64,000 nt of DNA, taken from positions 288,001 to 352,000 of the forward strand of contig CAWFAD010000007.1 in the NCBI GenBank assembly GCA_963813815.1. Direction: 5' to 3'. The stretch comes from an uncultured bacterium. GTDB taxonomy: Bacteria; Krumholzibacteriota; Krumholzibacteriia; Krumholzibacteriales; Krumholzibacteriaceae. Positions 1 through 13,271 of this stretch are shown piece after piece (position 1 is the first letter of the stretch; each line of letters opens with the position of its first letter). The translations under genes and the position numbers were made by a program. Under the pieces are notes generated by a model. That model ran no database searches. It was not told where the DNA came from and saw only the letters and a program-made list of their open reading frames with translations.

Positions 1-836
1 AGGACGCGATCCGGAAGCTCGTGCGCAACCTGGCGAACGAAGAGGTCGGCTGCGTGGTCGGCCGTCTCCTGTATCTCACGAATCACTCGTACGTCGGCAA
101 GGGCGAGAGCGTCTATTGGCGCTACGAATCGCTGCTCAACCGGCTCGAGAGCGTTCTCGGGTCGGTGCTCGTCGGCACGGGAACGATCTTCGCCGTCCGC
201 CGCGAGCTGTTCCGTCCGCTTCTCAAGGACGTTGCGAACGATTTCCAGATTCCCGCGGCGGTGGCTTCCCTGGGCTACAGCGTCGTCTACGACGGGGATG
301 CGATCGCGTACGAGAGACCGACCTATTTCTTTCGCGAGGAGTTCGCCCGCAAGCGCCGGATCATCGTGCGCGGACTCACCGGTTTTCGCGCCCTCCACGG
401 CGAGTTCGGCGGGGCGTTCCGGATTTTCCAGTTCATATCGCGCAAGCTCGTGCGGTGGTGGATAGGACCGCTGCTTCCGGTGCTCTACACGGCGAACCTG
501 CTGCTGCTCGACAATCCCGTTTTCCGGGTGTTCTTCGTTCTCCAGAATGTGTTCTACCTGCTCGCCGCCGTCGGCGCCCTGCTCCGGCGCGGCGGGATTC
601 AATCGTGCATGCTGTTCGTCCCCTTCTACTTCGTGATGGTCAACGCGGCCTCCCTCGCAGCCATCGCATCGTACCTCCGCGGCAGCCGCATGGTTTCCTG
701 GGAGAAGGCGGAGACGACGCGCGAGTCCGGCGACGGCGAGTTCCGGGCGCCGCGGCTCCACGTCATCGAGGGTAGAAAGGAACGCGTCCCGGCGGCGGAC
801 CGGGGGGGCGTCGAAACCCTCGAACGCATCACCTGA
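1..836 (+). CDS. Glycosyltransferase family 2 (5' partial)
   Basis: Frame open to the window edge; YWRYE, GTIFAVRR, NDF and RKRRI motifs plus C-terminal TM helices. Confidence 0.8.
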   Translation, partial: DAIRKLVRNLANEEVGCVVGRLLYLTNHSYVGKGESVYWRYESLLNRLESVLGSVLVGTGTIFAVRRELFRPLLKDVANDFQIPAAVASLGYSVVYDGDAIAYERPTYFFREEFARKRRIIVRGLTGFRALHGEFGGAFRIFQFISRKLVRWWIGPLLPVLYTANLLLLDNPVFRVFFVLQNVFYLLAAVGALLRRGGIQSCMLFVPFYFVMVNAASLAAIASYLRGSRMVSWEKAETTRESGDGEFRAPRLHVIEGRKERVPAADRGGVETLERIT

Positions 837-849
837 TCGAATCCATTCG

Positions 850-2043
850 ATGGAACCTCTTCGCATTCTCTTTCTCGTGAGCGGGCTCGGCGCCGGCGGC
901 GCCGAAAACCATCTGCTGAGCCTCGGCCGCTACCTCGCGCGCGCCGGACACGAGCCCTCGGTCTGCACGCTCGACCGCTCCGAAGGCGGGCTCGAGGCGG
1001 CGTTCATCCGCGAGGGGATCCCCCTGTTCCGCCTGCCGCTCGGCTCGCTCGGGCGGCTCGCCGCCCCGCGTTTCGTGTCGGGGCTCCGCCGCGTGCTCGC
1101 GGCGTCGCGCCCCGATGCCGTGCACGGCCATCTCTACCACGCGGAGATCGTCGCCGGGCTGGCGTCGTTTCTCTCGAGCGCCCCCGTTCTGACGACGCGG
1201 CACAGCGCCGGCATCGAATTCCGCGGATCGCGGGCCCTCGTGGCCCGCGCCTTCGCGCGGCGTTTCGCCTCGTGCGTTGCGGTGAGCGATGAGGCGGCCC
1301 GCGAGGCGGTCGAGACGGGTTTTCGGCCCGGCATCGTTCAGGTTCTCCCGAACGCGGTCGATCCCGACCGGTTCCAGCCCGTGCCTTCCCCGGAGCGGCG
1401 CCGACGCCGCGACGCCCTCCTCGCGGCGCTCTTCCCCGGCGCCGACCCAACGGGCGTTCTGCTCGCGGGATCGGTGGGAGGTCTCAGGGAGGTAAAGAAC
1501 TTCCCCCTTCTCGTCCGGGCGGCCGCCCGCCTCGCTCGCGGGAGCGATGGGGGGAAGGTTCCCTCGCTCCGGTTCGTGATTTTCGGCGAGGGCCGGGAAC
1601 GGGGGACGATCGAGGCCGTCGCTCGCGCGCTCGAGATCGAGGACCGGCTCTCCCTTCCGGGCCACCGCGGCGATCTTGCCGAGATCTACCCGTTGCTCGA
1701 CATCTTCGCTCTGCCGTCCTCGCGCGAAGGGGTGCCGCTCGCGCTTCTCGAGGCGATGTCGTCGGGCGTCGCGTGCGTCGCGACGGCGGTCGGGGGCGTG
1801 CCCGGCGTGCTCGCCGAAGCCGGATTGCTCGTCCCGCCGGACGACGAAGGAGCCCTGGCGGCCGCGATTGGGAGCCTTGCGGAGGACGACCGCGCGCGGT
1901 TCGAGCTCGGGCGTTTGGCCCGGGTCCGGGTGCTCGAGCGCTACAGCCTCGAAATCTGGGGCGAGAGAATGCTCGAGATATACCGTGCGGCGGCCGGTCG
2001 CGGGAGGGGCCGCTCCGGCGGCTCCCGCGGGCAAGAAAATTGA
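850..2043 (+). CDS. Glycosyltransferase family 4 (GT-B)
   Basis: GGAE at N-terminus, PNAVD, EGVPLALLEAM, VGGVP motifs. Confidence 0.9.
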   Translation: MEPLRILFLVSGLGAGGAENHLLSLGRYLARAGHEPSVCTLDRSEGGLEAAFIREGIPLFRLPLGSLGRLAAPRFVSGLRRVLAASRPDAVHGHLYHAEIVAGLASFLSSAPVLTTRHSAGIEFRGSRALVARAFARRFASCVAVSDEAAREAVETGFRPGIVQVLPNAVDPDRFQPVPSPERRRRRDALLAALFPGADPTGVLLAGSVGGLREVKNFPLLVRAAARLARGSDGGKVPSLRFVIFGEGRERGTIEAVARALEIEDRLSLPGHRGDLAEIYPLLDIFALPSSREGVPLALLEAMSSGVACVATAVGGVPGVLAEAGLLVPPDDEGALAAAIGSLAEDDRARFELGRLARVRVLERYSLEIWGERMLEIYRAAAGRGRGRSGGSRGQEN

Positions 2044-2139
2044 AACCCCGGCCCCCCCTCGTGGATATAATCTCGTAGCATCGGATATGGAGACACATTC
2101 GCCGAGGGAGGTGGGGGACGCGCGACGCGTCCCGAAACC

Positions 2140-3159
2140 ATGATGAACGCAAGAACAGCAGGCGCGATATTCGGAATCGTCCTCGCGGTTTCGGCCCGGG
2201 CCGCAGCCGCGTCCGACACGGTCCTTTCGGGAGACGGCCAGGAGACGATCCTCGTCATCGAAGAGGAATCGGGCGAATCGAAGGCCGACAAGGCGTGGCT
2301 CGGCATCTATTTTGAAACCGTCACCCGCAGAGACGCCGGCAAGGCCGGGTATGAGCGCGAAACGGGGATCGTCGTTTCCATGGTCATACCCGAGAGTCCC
2401 GCCGAACGGGGCGGTCTCAAGGAGGGCGATATCATCTTCTCGTTCGACGGGGTCGTCGTCGAGGACGCCGATCATTTCGGGACCATCGTCAAGGCGCGCC
2501 GGCCCGGCGACGAGATCGTTCTCACGTGTTACCGCAAGGGCGTAGAGAAGAAGATCGAGGTGCGGCTCGGCGGCCAGACCGACCGCAGCCTGCACCTTCA
2601 GGAGCTCGGGCGCTCGGGCGAAGAAGCGCTCAAGTCCTTCGAAAAGGCGCTCGTCTCGGGAAAGGGCCATTCGCTGCATCTCTATCTCATGCGCGGCCGC
2701 ATCGGCGTGCTTCTGCACGATCTCGACGGCGATCTCGGGGGGTATTTCGGCGTCGGGAAAGACGGGGGGGCGCTCGTGATCGAGGTCGAACCGGGAAGCC
2801 CGGCCGAGGAGGCCGGCGTCAAGAGCGGAGACGTGATCGTCGCGGTGGACGGCGATCCGGTCGGGGACGTCTCTGCGGCCACCGAGGCGATATCTTCGAT
2901 CGAGCCGGGAGATACGGTGGCGGTCGACGTCCTCCGCAAGGGAGCGCGAAAGTCCTTGGCCGTCGCGCTCGATCCGGGTTGCGGCAACGCCCCCTTCCGC
3001 GTGCTTCCCCCGGGAGGGGGAACGCTCGATTCGGAGGCCTTGGAGAGGCTCTACCGTCTGCGAAAAGACGATCCGGAAAAGCTCCGCGGGGAGCTCGACA
3101 AGCTCAAGGAGCAGATGCGCGAGCTCGAGGAGCGTCTGAAGACGCGGGAAACGAAGTAA
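2140..3159 (+). CDS. Secreted tandem-PDZ domain protein
   Basis: Signal peptide; two PDZ signatures (WLGI...SPAERGGLKEGDII; RIGV...SPAEEAGVKSGDVI); coiled-coil C-terminus. Confidence 0.8.
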   Translation: MMNARTAGAIFGIVLAVSARAAAASDTVLSGDGQETILVIEEESGESKADKAWLGIYFETVTRRDAGKAGYERETGIVVSMVIPESPAERGGLKEGDIIFSFDGVVVEDADHFGTIVKARRPGDEIVLTCYRKGVEKKIEVRLGGQTDRSLHLQELGRSGEEALKSFEKALVSGKGHSLHLYLMRGRIGVLLHDLDGDLGGYFGVGKDGGALVIEVEPGSPAEEAGVKSGDVIVAVDGDPVGDVSAATEAISSIEPGDTVAVDVLRKGARKSLAVALDPGCGNAPFRVLPPGGGTLDSEALERLYRLRKDDPEKLRGELDKLKEQMRELEERLKTRETK

Positions 3160-3210
3160 CGGCTCCGCCGCCCCGCTCTTTCGCCGCACGCCGCATGCCA
3201 TCCAAATCCT

Positions 3211-3239
3211 TTGACAGCAGGCGAAAAGTGTTCTATGTT
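3211..3239 (+). promoter_or_regulatory. Putative sigma70 promoter for the Yip1-fusA operon
   Basis: TTGACA-N17-TATGTT. Confidence 0.5.
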
Positions 3240-3317
3240 TTGTAATTCGATCCCTCCGGGGAAACGCGTTTTCCCTTGCAATGCGGGGTAGGCGGTCAGA
3301 GCGAAGGATGGTGCACG

Positions 3318-4076
3318 ATGACCGATAATCAGCCGATGCAAGCCGGGCCGGCGGCCGGCGGAGCCGCGCCGACGGGCGGATTCGCGCGTTCCCTGTTCGA
3401 GATATTCACCGACCCTCCGAAGGTCTTCGCGCGCATCGACGCGGGGCTCTCCTGGTGGAAGCCCTTTGTCGCCGCGTGCGCGGTCATCGTCGTGCTCCAG
3501 TTGACCGTTGCGAAGGTGTTCGGCACGAAGCTGTTGGAATTGAGCCTCCGTGCGCGAAACATCAAGCCCGAAGATATGGAACGAATGCTGGCCGATACCG
3601 AAAAGTACCACGCGATCGGGATCGCCACGGCCCCCATCGTGCCGGTCCTCGCGGTGCTCCTCACGGGCCTCATCGTCGCCCTTCTCGCGCATATCGTCAT
3701 CAACATCATGACGTCGCGCGCCAGCTACAAGAAAACCCTTTCGCTCATTTTTTTCTGCGGCCTCATACCGATGATGGAACAGATAATCGTGACGGCAATC
3801 ATTCTCGCCCGGGGTATCGAGGGCGTCGAATCGATGTCCGATCTCATGATGAGCATAGGTCCCGCGGCGCTCGTGCCGAGCGCAGGAACGGCCCTCATGG
3901 CGTTTCTCCAGAGCATCAGTATCTTCCAGATCTGGAGCTATGCGGTGTTCGTGCTCGGCGTGGGGGCCATTTTCAAGCTCTCGGCGAAGAAGGCCGTGTG
4001 GTCGGTCCTGCCCGTATGGCTCGTGCACTTCATCGTCGTGCTGCTCAGCTTGAAGCTGGGCGGCGGGATGGGCTGA
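3318..4076 (+). CDS. Yip1-family membrane protein
   Basis: IFTDPPKVF start and about 5 hydrophobic helices; ATG at 3318 chosen. Confidence 0.7.
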   Translation: MTDNQPMQAGPAAGGAAPTGGFARSLFEIFTDPPKVFARIDAGLSWWKPFVAACAVIVVLQLTVAKVFGTKLLELSLRARNIKPEDMERMLADTEKYHAIGIATAPIVPVLAVLLTGLIVALLAHIVINIMTSRASYKKTLSLIFFCGLIPMMEQIIVTAIILARGIEGVESMSDLMMSIGPAALVPSAGTALMAFLQSISIFQIWSYAVFVLGVGAIFKLSAKKAVWSVLPVWLVHFIVVLLSLKLGGGMG

Positions 4077-4104
4077 TCATCCGCGGCGGGTATCAGAGGA
4101 GGTA

Positions 4105-6195
4105 GTGTTGAAGAAGTACGGTATCGACAAACTGCGCAACGTGATCCTCGTCGGCCACCAAGCGTCGGGCAAGACGACGCTCGCCGAGGCGGTTCTCTTC
4201 AATGCGGGCGTTATGAGCCGCATGGGGCGCGTCGAGGACGGAAATACGGTCATGGATTCCTCCCCCGAAGAGATCGCAAAGGTCATATCGATCGACTCCG
4301 GCGTCGCCTTCTGCGAAATCGCGAAGACGAAGGTCACGATCATCGATACCCCCGGTTACGAGGACTTCGTTGGGCAGACCCTGTCCGCGCTTCCCGTCGT
4401 CGAGGGAGCCGTCGTCGTCGTGAGCGGCGAAGCGGGAGTCGAGGCCGGCACCGTCAAAACGTGGAAGTATCTCGACCGATACGGCCTCCCGCGCATCGTC
4501 TGCATCAATAAAATGGACAAGGATCACGCGAACTTCGAGAAGGCGCTCGAGAGCGCCCAGGCGGAGCTCGGGGCGAAGGTCATGCCGCTCGAGATCCCGA
4601 TCGGCGCGGGGGATTCGTTCAAGGGCGTCATCGACATCCTCAGGAAGAAGGCGTATCTCTACTCGGGCGACGGGAAATTCACGGAGACGGACGTGCCGGC
4701 CGAGCTCAAGGACAGCGCGGACGAGTGGTTGCAGAAGCTCGTCGATTTCGCAGCCGAGACGGACGACTCGCTTCTCGAGAAATTTCTCGGCGGCGGCGAG
4801 CTGAGCGACGAGGAGCTTCACAAGGGGCTCGCCGACGGCTGCGTCGCCGGCACCCTCGTGCCGCTCTACGTCGCGTCCTCGTCGAAGAACGTCGGCGTGC
4901 ACCAGCTCATGGACGCGATCGTGTCGATGCTGCCCTCTCCGAAATGGCGCGCCGATATGGACGTTCTCTCGGCCGGCGCCCGGGCGCCGAAAAAGATCAA
5001 AACCGGCCCGGACGCCCCCGTCGCAGCCTACGTTTTCAAGTACCTTTCCGAAAAAGGTGTGGGTGATCTCTGCTTCTTCCGCGTGTTCAGCGGTGAAATG
5101 ACGGTCGGCGCCGACCTCTACGACGCGACGGCGGAAGCGGCCGAGCGCACGGGCCAGCTCTACCACGTTCAGGGCAAGAACCGGATCGACGCCCCCTCGG
5201 TGGAAGCCGGGGATATCGGCGCCGCCGTCAAGCTCAAGGCGGCGCGCGTCAATCACACGCTCTGCGACAAGGCGCTCAGCATCGTGCTGCCCGGCATTCC
5301 CTATCCGGAGCCGATGCTCGCCACGGCGATCAGCGCGAAGGTGAAGGGGGAGGAGGAGAAGATCTCCACGGGGCTCGCCAAGATCAAGGAAGAGGATCCG
5401 ACCTTCAAGCTCGATCTCGACGCCGAGCTGAGACAGATGGTTCTCTCGGGACAAGGAGAGCTCCATCTCGACGTGCTCCTCACCCGGCTCAAGAGGAAGA
5501 ACTCGGTCGAGGTCGAGATGCACCAGCCGAAGATCCCCTACCGGGAGACGATCACGGCCAAGGCCGAGGCGCAGGGCAGGTACAAACGCCAGAGCGGCGG
5601 CCGCGGCCAGTACGGCGACTGCTGGCTCCGTCTCGAGCCGCTCCCGCGCGGCGGCGGATTCGAATTCGTCGACGAGATCGTCGGCGGGGTCGTGCCGGGA
5701 AAGTACATCCCGGCGGTGCAGAAGGGCGTGGAGCAGACGATGATCGACGGGGTGCTCGCCGGGTACCGCTTCATGGACGTCAGTGTGGCGATCTTCGACG
5801 GATCGTACCACGCCGTCGACTCCTCCGACAACGCGTTCAAGGTGGCCGGCTCTCTCGGCTTCAAGGCCGCGGCGCTCAAGGCGAAGCCGGTCATTCTCGA
5901 GCCGATCATGAACGTCGAGGTGCTCGTTCCCGGCGACTTCATGGGAGACGTCATGGGGGATCTTTCGGCGCGTCGCGGCAAGATTCTCGGCATGGAGCAG
6001 GAGGAGGCGCTGCAGAAGATCAAGGCGCAGGTGCCGATCGCGGAGCTCCACCGCTATTCGACGTCGCTCCGCTCGATGACGCAGGGACGGGGATCGTTCC
6101 GCCAGGCGTTTTCGCACTACGAGGAAGTGCCGCACGATGTGGCCCAGAAACTCATCGCGGCGGCCGAGGCCACGAAGAGCGGCGAGGAAGAGTAA
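4105..6195 (+). CDS. fusA: Elongation factor G (EF-G II-like paralogue)
   Basis: GHQASGKTT, DTPG, NKMD, GQGELHL, QSGGRGQYG, GSYHAVDSS; not in an rpsL-rpsG operon. Confidence 0.92.
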   Translation: MLKKYGIDKLRNVILVGHQASGKTTLAEAVLFNAGVMSRMGRVEDGNTVMDSSPEEIAKVISIDSGVAFCEIAKTKVTIIDTPGYEDFVGQTLSALPVVEGAVVVVSGEAGVEAGTVKTWKYLDRYGLPRIVCINKMDKDHANFEKALESAQAELGAKVMPLEIPIGAGDSFKGVIDILRKKAYLYSGDGKFTETDVPAELKDSADEWLQKLVDFAAETDDSLLEKFLGGGELSDEELHKGLADGCVAGTLVPLYVASSSKNVGVHQLMDAIVSMLPSPKWRADMDVLSAGARAPKKIKTGPDAPVAAYVFKYLSEKGVGDLCFFRVFSGEMTVGADLYDATAEAAERTGQLYHVQGKNRIDAPSVEAGDIGAAVKLKAARVNHTLCDKALSIVLPGIPYPEPMLATAISAKVKGEEEKISTGLAKIKEEDPTFKLDLDAELRQMVLSGQGELHLDVLLTRLKRKNSVEVEMHQPKIPYRETITAKAEAQGRYKRQSGGRGQYGDCWLRLEPLPRGGGFEFVDEIVGGVVPGKYIPAVQKGVEQTMIDGVLAGYRFMDVSVAIFDGSYHAVDSSDNAFKVAGSLGFKAAALKAKPVILEPIMNVEVLVPGDFMGDVMGDLSARRGKILGMEQEEALQKIKAQVPIAELHRYSTSLRSMTQGRGSFRQAFSHYEEVPHDVAQKLIAAAEATKSGEEE

Positions 6196-6216
6196 ACCGT
6201 ATCGAGGAGGCATGGC

Positions 6217-6978
6217 GTGTCAGGGCATTCAAAATGGGCGACCATAAAGCGGCAGAAGGCCAAAGTCGATGCCCAGCGCGGGAAAACGTTCACGAAGCTG
6301 ATCCGGGAGCTCGTCACCGCGGCGCGCGAGGGAGGCGGCGATTCGGGGAGCAACATACGTCTCCGCACCGCCATACAGACCGCCCGCGACAGCAACATGC
6401 CCAAGGAGAATATCGACCGCGCTGTGAAGCGCGGGACCGGTGAGCTCCCCGGCGTGAGCTACGAGTCGGCCACGTTCGAGGGGTATGCCGCGGGTGGCGT
6501 AGCGATGCTCGTCAACACGCTCACCGACAACCGCAACCGCACGAGCGCGGAGATTCGACATCTCTTTACGCGCCACGGCGGGCATCTCGGCGAGCCGGGA
6601 TCGGTGTCCTACATGTTCGAGAAGAAGGGCATCATCGTCATCGAGGCGTCGCATGCGAGCGAGGACCGCGTGTTCGAGCTGGCGCTCGAGAGCGGGGCGG
6701 ACGACGTCCGCGCCGAGGGCGGGCAGTTCGAGATCGTTTGTCCTCCCGACCGGTTCGAGGCCATCCGGACGACGTTCGCGAACGAGAAGATCCCGTGCCA
6801 GCTCGCGGAAATTTCGCTCTATCCGAAGACCACGATACGGCTCGAGCGCGACGGGGCCGTGAAGGTGCTCAAGCTCGTCAACGAGCTCGAGGATCTCGAC
6901 GACGTGCAGAACGTCGCGGCGAACTTCGACATTCCCGAGGATATCCTGAAGACGATCGAGGGAGAAGTCGGCTCGTAA
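6217..6978 (+). CDS. yebC: YebC/PmpR family protein
   Basis: SGHSKWATIK, TDNRNRT, DDVQNV. Confidence 0.95.
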   Translation: MSGHSKWATIKRQKAKVDAQRGKTFTKLIRELVTAAREGGGDSGSNIRLRTAIQTARDSNMPKENIDRAVKRGTGELPGVSYESATFEGYAAGGVAMLVNTLTDNRNRTSAEIRHLFTRHGGHLGEPGSVSYMFEKKGIIVIEASHASEDRVFELALESGADDVRAEGGQFEIVCPPDRFEAIRTTFANEKIPCQLAEISLYPKTTIRLERDGAVKVLKLVNELEDLDDVQNVAANFDIPEDILKTIEGEVGS

Positions 6979-6995
6979 CGGAACCCGCAGGAGTG

Positions 6996-7529
6996 ATGCG
7001 CGTGTCTCTCGTCATCGGAGTCGATCCGGGAAGCCGCATCACGGGCTGGGGGCTCGTCGAGCGGCGCGACCGCGAGATCGTGTACGTCGGCTCGGGCATC
7101 ATCAGACCGCCGGGGCGGTCCGCCGTGCCGGAGCGGCTCCTCGCGATCAAGCGGGGTCTCACGGAGGTCATCGCCCGATTTCATCCGGAGGTTCTCGCCG
7201 TCGAGGACGTGTTCATGGCGAAGAACCCGAAGAGCACGGTGACCCTGGGGGAGGCGCGCGGGATCGTGCTCCTCGCCGCGGCCGAGGCGGAGATTCCGGT
7301 CTTCGAATACTCCACGCGAGAGGTTAAAATGAGCGTCGTCGGCGCCGGCGGCGCGCACAAGAGTCAGGTGGCCGCGATGGTGGGAAAACTTCTGCGGATC
7401 GACCGCGAGCCCGAGACCGAGGACGAGACGGACGCCATCGCCGTGGCGTTCTGCCACGCGGCCCGGTCGGCGGCGGACGAGCGGATGGCCGCGTGCCGGC
7501 GCGGGGCGCCCGGAGGAGTGAAGCGATGA
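6996..7529 (+). CDS. ruvC: Holliday junction resolvase RuvC
   Basis: GVDPGSRITGWG, VEDVF, DAIAVA; GGAG SD before ATG 6996. Confidence 0.93.
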   Translation: MRVSLVIGVDPGSRITGWGLVERRDREIVYVGSGIIRPPGRSAVPERLLAIKRGLTEVIARFHPEVLAVEDVFMAKNPKSTVTLGEARGIVLLAAAEAEIPVFEYSTREVKMSVVGAGGAHKSQVAAMVGKLLRIDREPETEDETDAIAVAFCHAARSAADERMAACRRGAPGGVKR

Positions 7530-8122
7530 TCGCCTCAGTCGAGGGTATCCTCCGGGAGCGCGAGGGAAACCGCATCGTCGTCGAGGTCGGCGGCGTGGGG
7601 CTCGAGCTCCTCGTGCCCGCGCGCGCCGCCGATTCGCTCGGAGCGGAGGGAGCGCGCGTGAGGCTCCATACGTACCTGCACGTTCGCGAGGACGTGCTCG
7701 CGCTCTACGGCTTTGCGGAGGAGTCCGAGCGGCGGCTCTTCCGGACGCTGCTCGCCGTGAGCGGCGTGGGTCCCAAGCTCGCGCTCGCCGTCCTTTCGAC
7801 GATGGACGCCGGAGAGCTCGCCCGCGTCATCACCGGGGAGCAGACGAAAACGCTGCAAACGATCCCGGGCGTCGGCAAGAAAACGGCCGAGCGGATCGTG
7901 CTCGAGCTCAAGGACAAGATCGAAGTCGAGCGCTACGCGAGCGCGGCCGCTCCGGGAACGCTCGTTCCGCGGGGGCACTTCGAGGAAGCGGTGACGGCGC
8001 TCGAATCGATCGGACTCTCGCGCTCGAGCGCCCTCAAGGCCCTCGAGGCCGTCGACGTCGCTCGTCTCGGCGAGCGATACGGCGTCGGAGATCTCGTCCG
8101 CGCCGCGCTCAAGAATCTGTAG
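7526..8122 (+). CDS. ruvA: Holliday junction branch migration protein RuvA
   Basis: [18 protein letters not shown], HhH motifs VSGVGPK and [16 protein letters not shown] overlap. Confidence 0.95.
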   Translation: MIASVEGILREREGNRIVVEVGGVGLELLVPARAADSLGAEGARVRLHTYLHVREDVLALYGFAEESERRLFRTLLAVSGVGPKLALAVLSTMDAGELARVITGEQTKTLQTIPGVGKKTAERIVLELKDKIEVERYASAAAPGTLVPRGHFEEAVTALESIGLSRSSALKALEAVDVARLGERYGVGDLVRAALKNL

Positions 8123-8150
8123 CGCTCCGGGAAACGGGGAGGTCGCATCC

Positions 8151-11439
<3,289 letters not shown>

Positions 11440-11448
11440 GGAGGAACG

Positions 11449-11769
11449 ATGAATCCGTTTTTCGCGTTCAGCAACAATCCCCAGTCGGGCGGGGGAAGTC
11501 CCAATCTCCTCGTGAGCTTCATTCCGATTCTCCTCATTTTCATCATCTTTTATCTGCTCCTCATCCTGCCGCAGCAGAAGAAGCAGAAGCAGCATCGGAG
11601 CATGTTGAGCGCGCTCCGCAAAGGCGACCGCGTGGTGACGAACGCGGGCATCTACGGAACCGTTCACGACGTGAAGGATCACATGATCGTCCTCAAGATC
11701 GCCGAGGAAGTGAAGATCGAGATCGTCAAGAACGCCGTCGCCGCCGTCGTCGAGAAGCGGGAGGAGTGA
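11449..11769 (+). CDS. yajC: Preprotein translocase subunit YajC
   Basis: TM helix then PQQKK, GDRVVTNAGIYG; follows tgt. Confidence 0.95.
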   Translation: MNPFFAFSNNPQSGGGSPNLLVSFIPILLIFIIFYLLLILPQQKKQKQHRSMLSALRKGDRVVTNAGIYGTVHDVKDHMIVLKIAEEVKIEIVKNAVAAVVEKREE

Positions 11770-11803
11770 CGCTCGCCGGCGCGGGCGTGGAGGAGCGTAC
11801 GGA

Positions 11804-12319
11804 ATGGCGAAACGCCTCGAGATGCGCACCTACGGGGCCAAGGTCCTTCGCGCGAGGGGCGAGGCGATCCCTTCAGTCGGCAAAGAGCTCTCGCCGCTCT
11901 TCGCGGACATGGTCGAAACGATGTACGCCGAAGGGGGCGTCGGGCTGGCGGCCCCCCAGATCGGCGTCTCCCGCCAGATTGCCGTCATCAATCCCGAGCC
12001 GGGAAACGACGCGACCCTGCTCAAGATGGTGAACCCCCGCATCGTCGCCTCCTCCGATGAGCTCGAAACGATCGAGGAGGGCTGTCTGAGCGTTCCCGGC
12101 ATCCGCGGCGAGGTGGCGCGGCACGCCTGGGTCGAGGTCGTCTATCGGGACGAGAAGGGGGTGGAACGAAGCCTCAGGGCCGAGGGTCTCCTCGCGCGAA
12201 TCGTTCAACACGAGCTCGATCATCTGAACGGCGTCCTCTTCATCGACCGCCTTTCACTCGCCAAGCGCGCTCTCATCAAACCGAAGCTGAGAAAACTCGC
12301 CGGCGGCAAGGAGAAATAG
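11804..12319 (+). CDS. def: Peptide deformylase
   Basis: GVGLAAPQIG, EGCLS, QHELDH. Confidence 0.97.
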   Translation: MAKRLEMRTYGAKVLRARGEAIPSVGKELSPLFADMVETMYAEGGVGLAAPQIGVSRQIAVINPEPGNDATLLKMVNPRIVASSDELETIEEGCLSVPGIRGEVARHAWVEVVYRDEKGVERSLRAEGLLARIVQHELDHLNGVLFIDRLSLAKRALIKPKLRKLAGGKEK

Positions 12320-12320
12320 C

Positions 12321-13271
12321 ATGGAGCGCGTGGTGTTCTTCGGCTCTCCCGCCTTCGCCTTGCCGTCCCTCGAGGCGCTCATCGAGAGCGAGTTCAAGCC
12401 GGCGCTCGTCGTCACCCGTCCCGACCGGCCGGCCGGGCGGGGTAGAAAGCTCGTTTCCACCCCCGTTCGCGAGCTCGCGGCCCGGCGCGGCATCCCCGTC
12501 ATGACGCTCGAGAGGTTCCGGGACGGCGATGCCGTCGAATCCCTTCGGAAGCTCGCCCCCGATTTCTTCGTCGTCGTGTCGTTCGGGAAGATCTTTCCGG
12601 ACGACGTCCTCGCGATCCCTCGCAAGGGGTGCGTCAATCTCCATGCGTCGCTCCTTCCCGCGTACCGCGGCGCGAGCCCCATACAGGCCGCGATCGTGAA
12701 CGGCGACGCCGTGACGGGCGTCACGACGATGGAGATGGCGGCCGAGCTCGACGCGGGGCCCATCTATCTCCGGAAGGAAACGCCCGTCGACCCGGACGAA
12801 ACCGCCGGGGAGCTCAGCGAGCGGCTCGCGCGTCTCGGCGCGCCGGTGCTGCTCGAGACGCTCCGGCTCGTTTCGCGCGGGGAGCTTCGGCCCTCGCCCC
12901 AGCCCGCCGAGGGGATCTCGAAGGTTCCGGTGCTCCGCAAGCGCGACGGCCTCGTTCCGTGGGAGCTCGAGGCGCGCCGGGTGCACGACCATATCCGCGG
13001 CATGAATCCGTGGCCGGGAAGCTTCACGTACCATCGATCCGCCTGCCTTAAGGTGCGCCGCGCCGCGCTCGCCCGGGGCGAGGAGCGCTCTCGTCCCGGG
13101 GGTACCATTCTCGAGGCGAAAGGTGATATCATACTGGTCGCCTGCGGCACCGGAGCGGTGAGGATTCTCGAGCTCCAGGCCGAAGGCAGGAAGGCGCTCG
13201 GAGCCGCGGAGTTTCTCCGGGGCTTCGCGCTCGAGCAAGGAGAGACCCTTGGAGGAAACGCCGAATCATAA
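12321..13271 (+). CDS. fmt: Methionyl-tRNA formyltransferase
   Basis: FFGSPAFA, NLHASLLPAYRGASP, LDAG, PWPG. Confidence 0.96.
   Translation: MERVVFFGSPAFALPSLEALIESEFKPALVVTRPDRPAGRGRKLVSTPVRELAARRGIPVMTLERFRDGDAVESLRKLAPDFFVVVSFGKIFPDDVLAIPRKGCVNLHASLLPAYRGASPIQAAIVNGDAVTGVTTMEMAAELDAGPIYLRKETPVDPDETAGELSERLARLGAPVLLETLRLVSRGELRPSPQPAEGISKVPVLRKRDGLVPWELEARRVHDHIRGMNPWPGSFTYHRSACLKVRRAALARGEERSRPGGTILEAKGDIILVACGTGAVRILELQAEGRKALGAAEFLRGFALEQGETLGGNAES

Noticed and set aside
2040..2071. TTGAAA...TATAAT promoter
   Set aside because: The 20-nt spacer is too long; only the -10 box is supportable
829..6213. Long antisense and alternate-frame ORFs (829..3201, 4093..6213 and many similar ones)
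   Set aside because: Expected stop-poor shadow frames in high-GC DNA; they overlap genes with clear motifs
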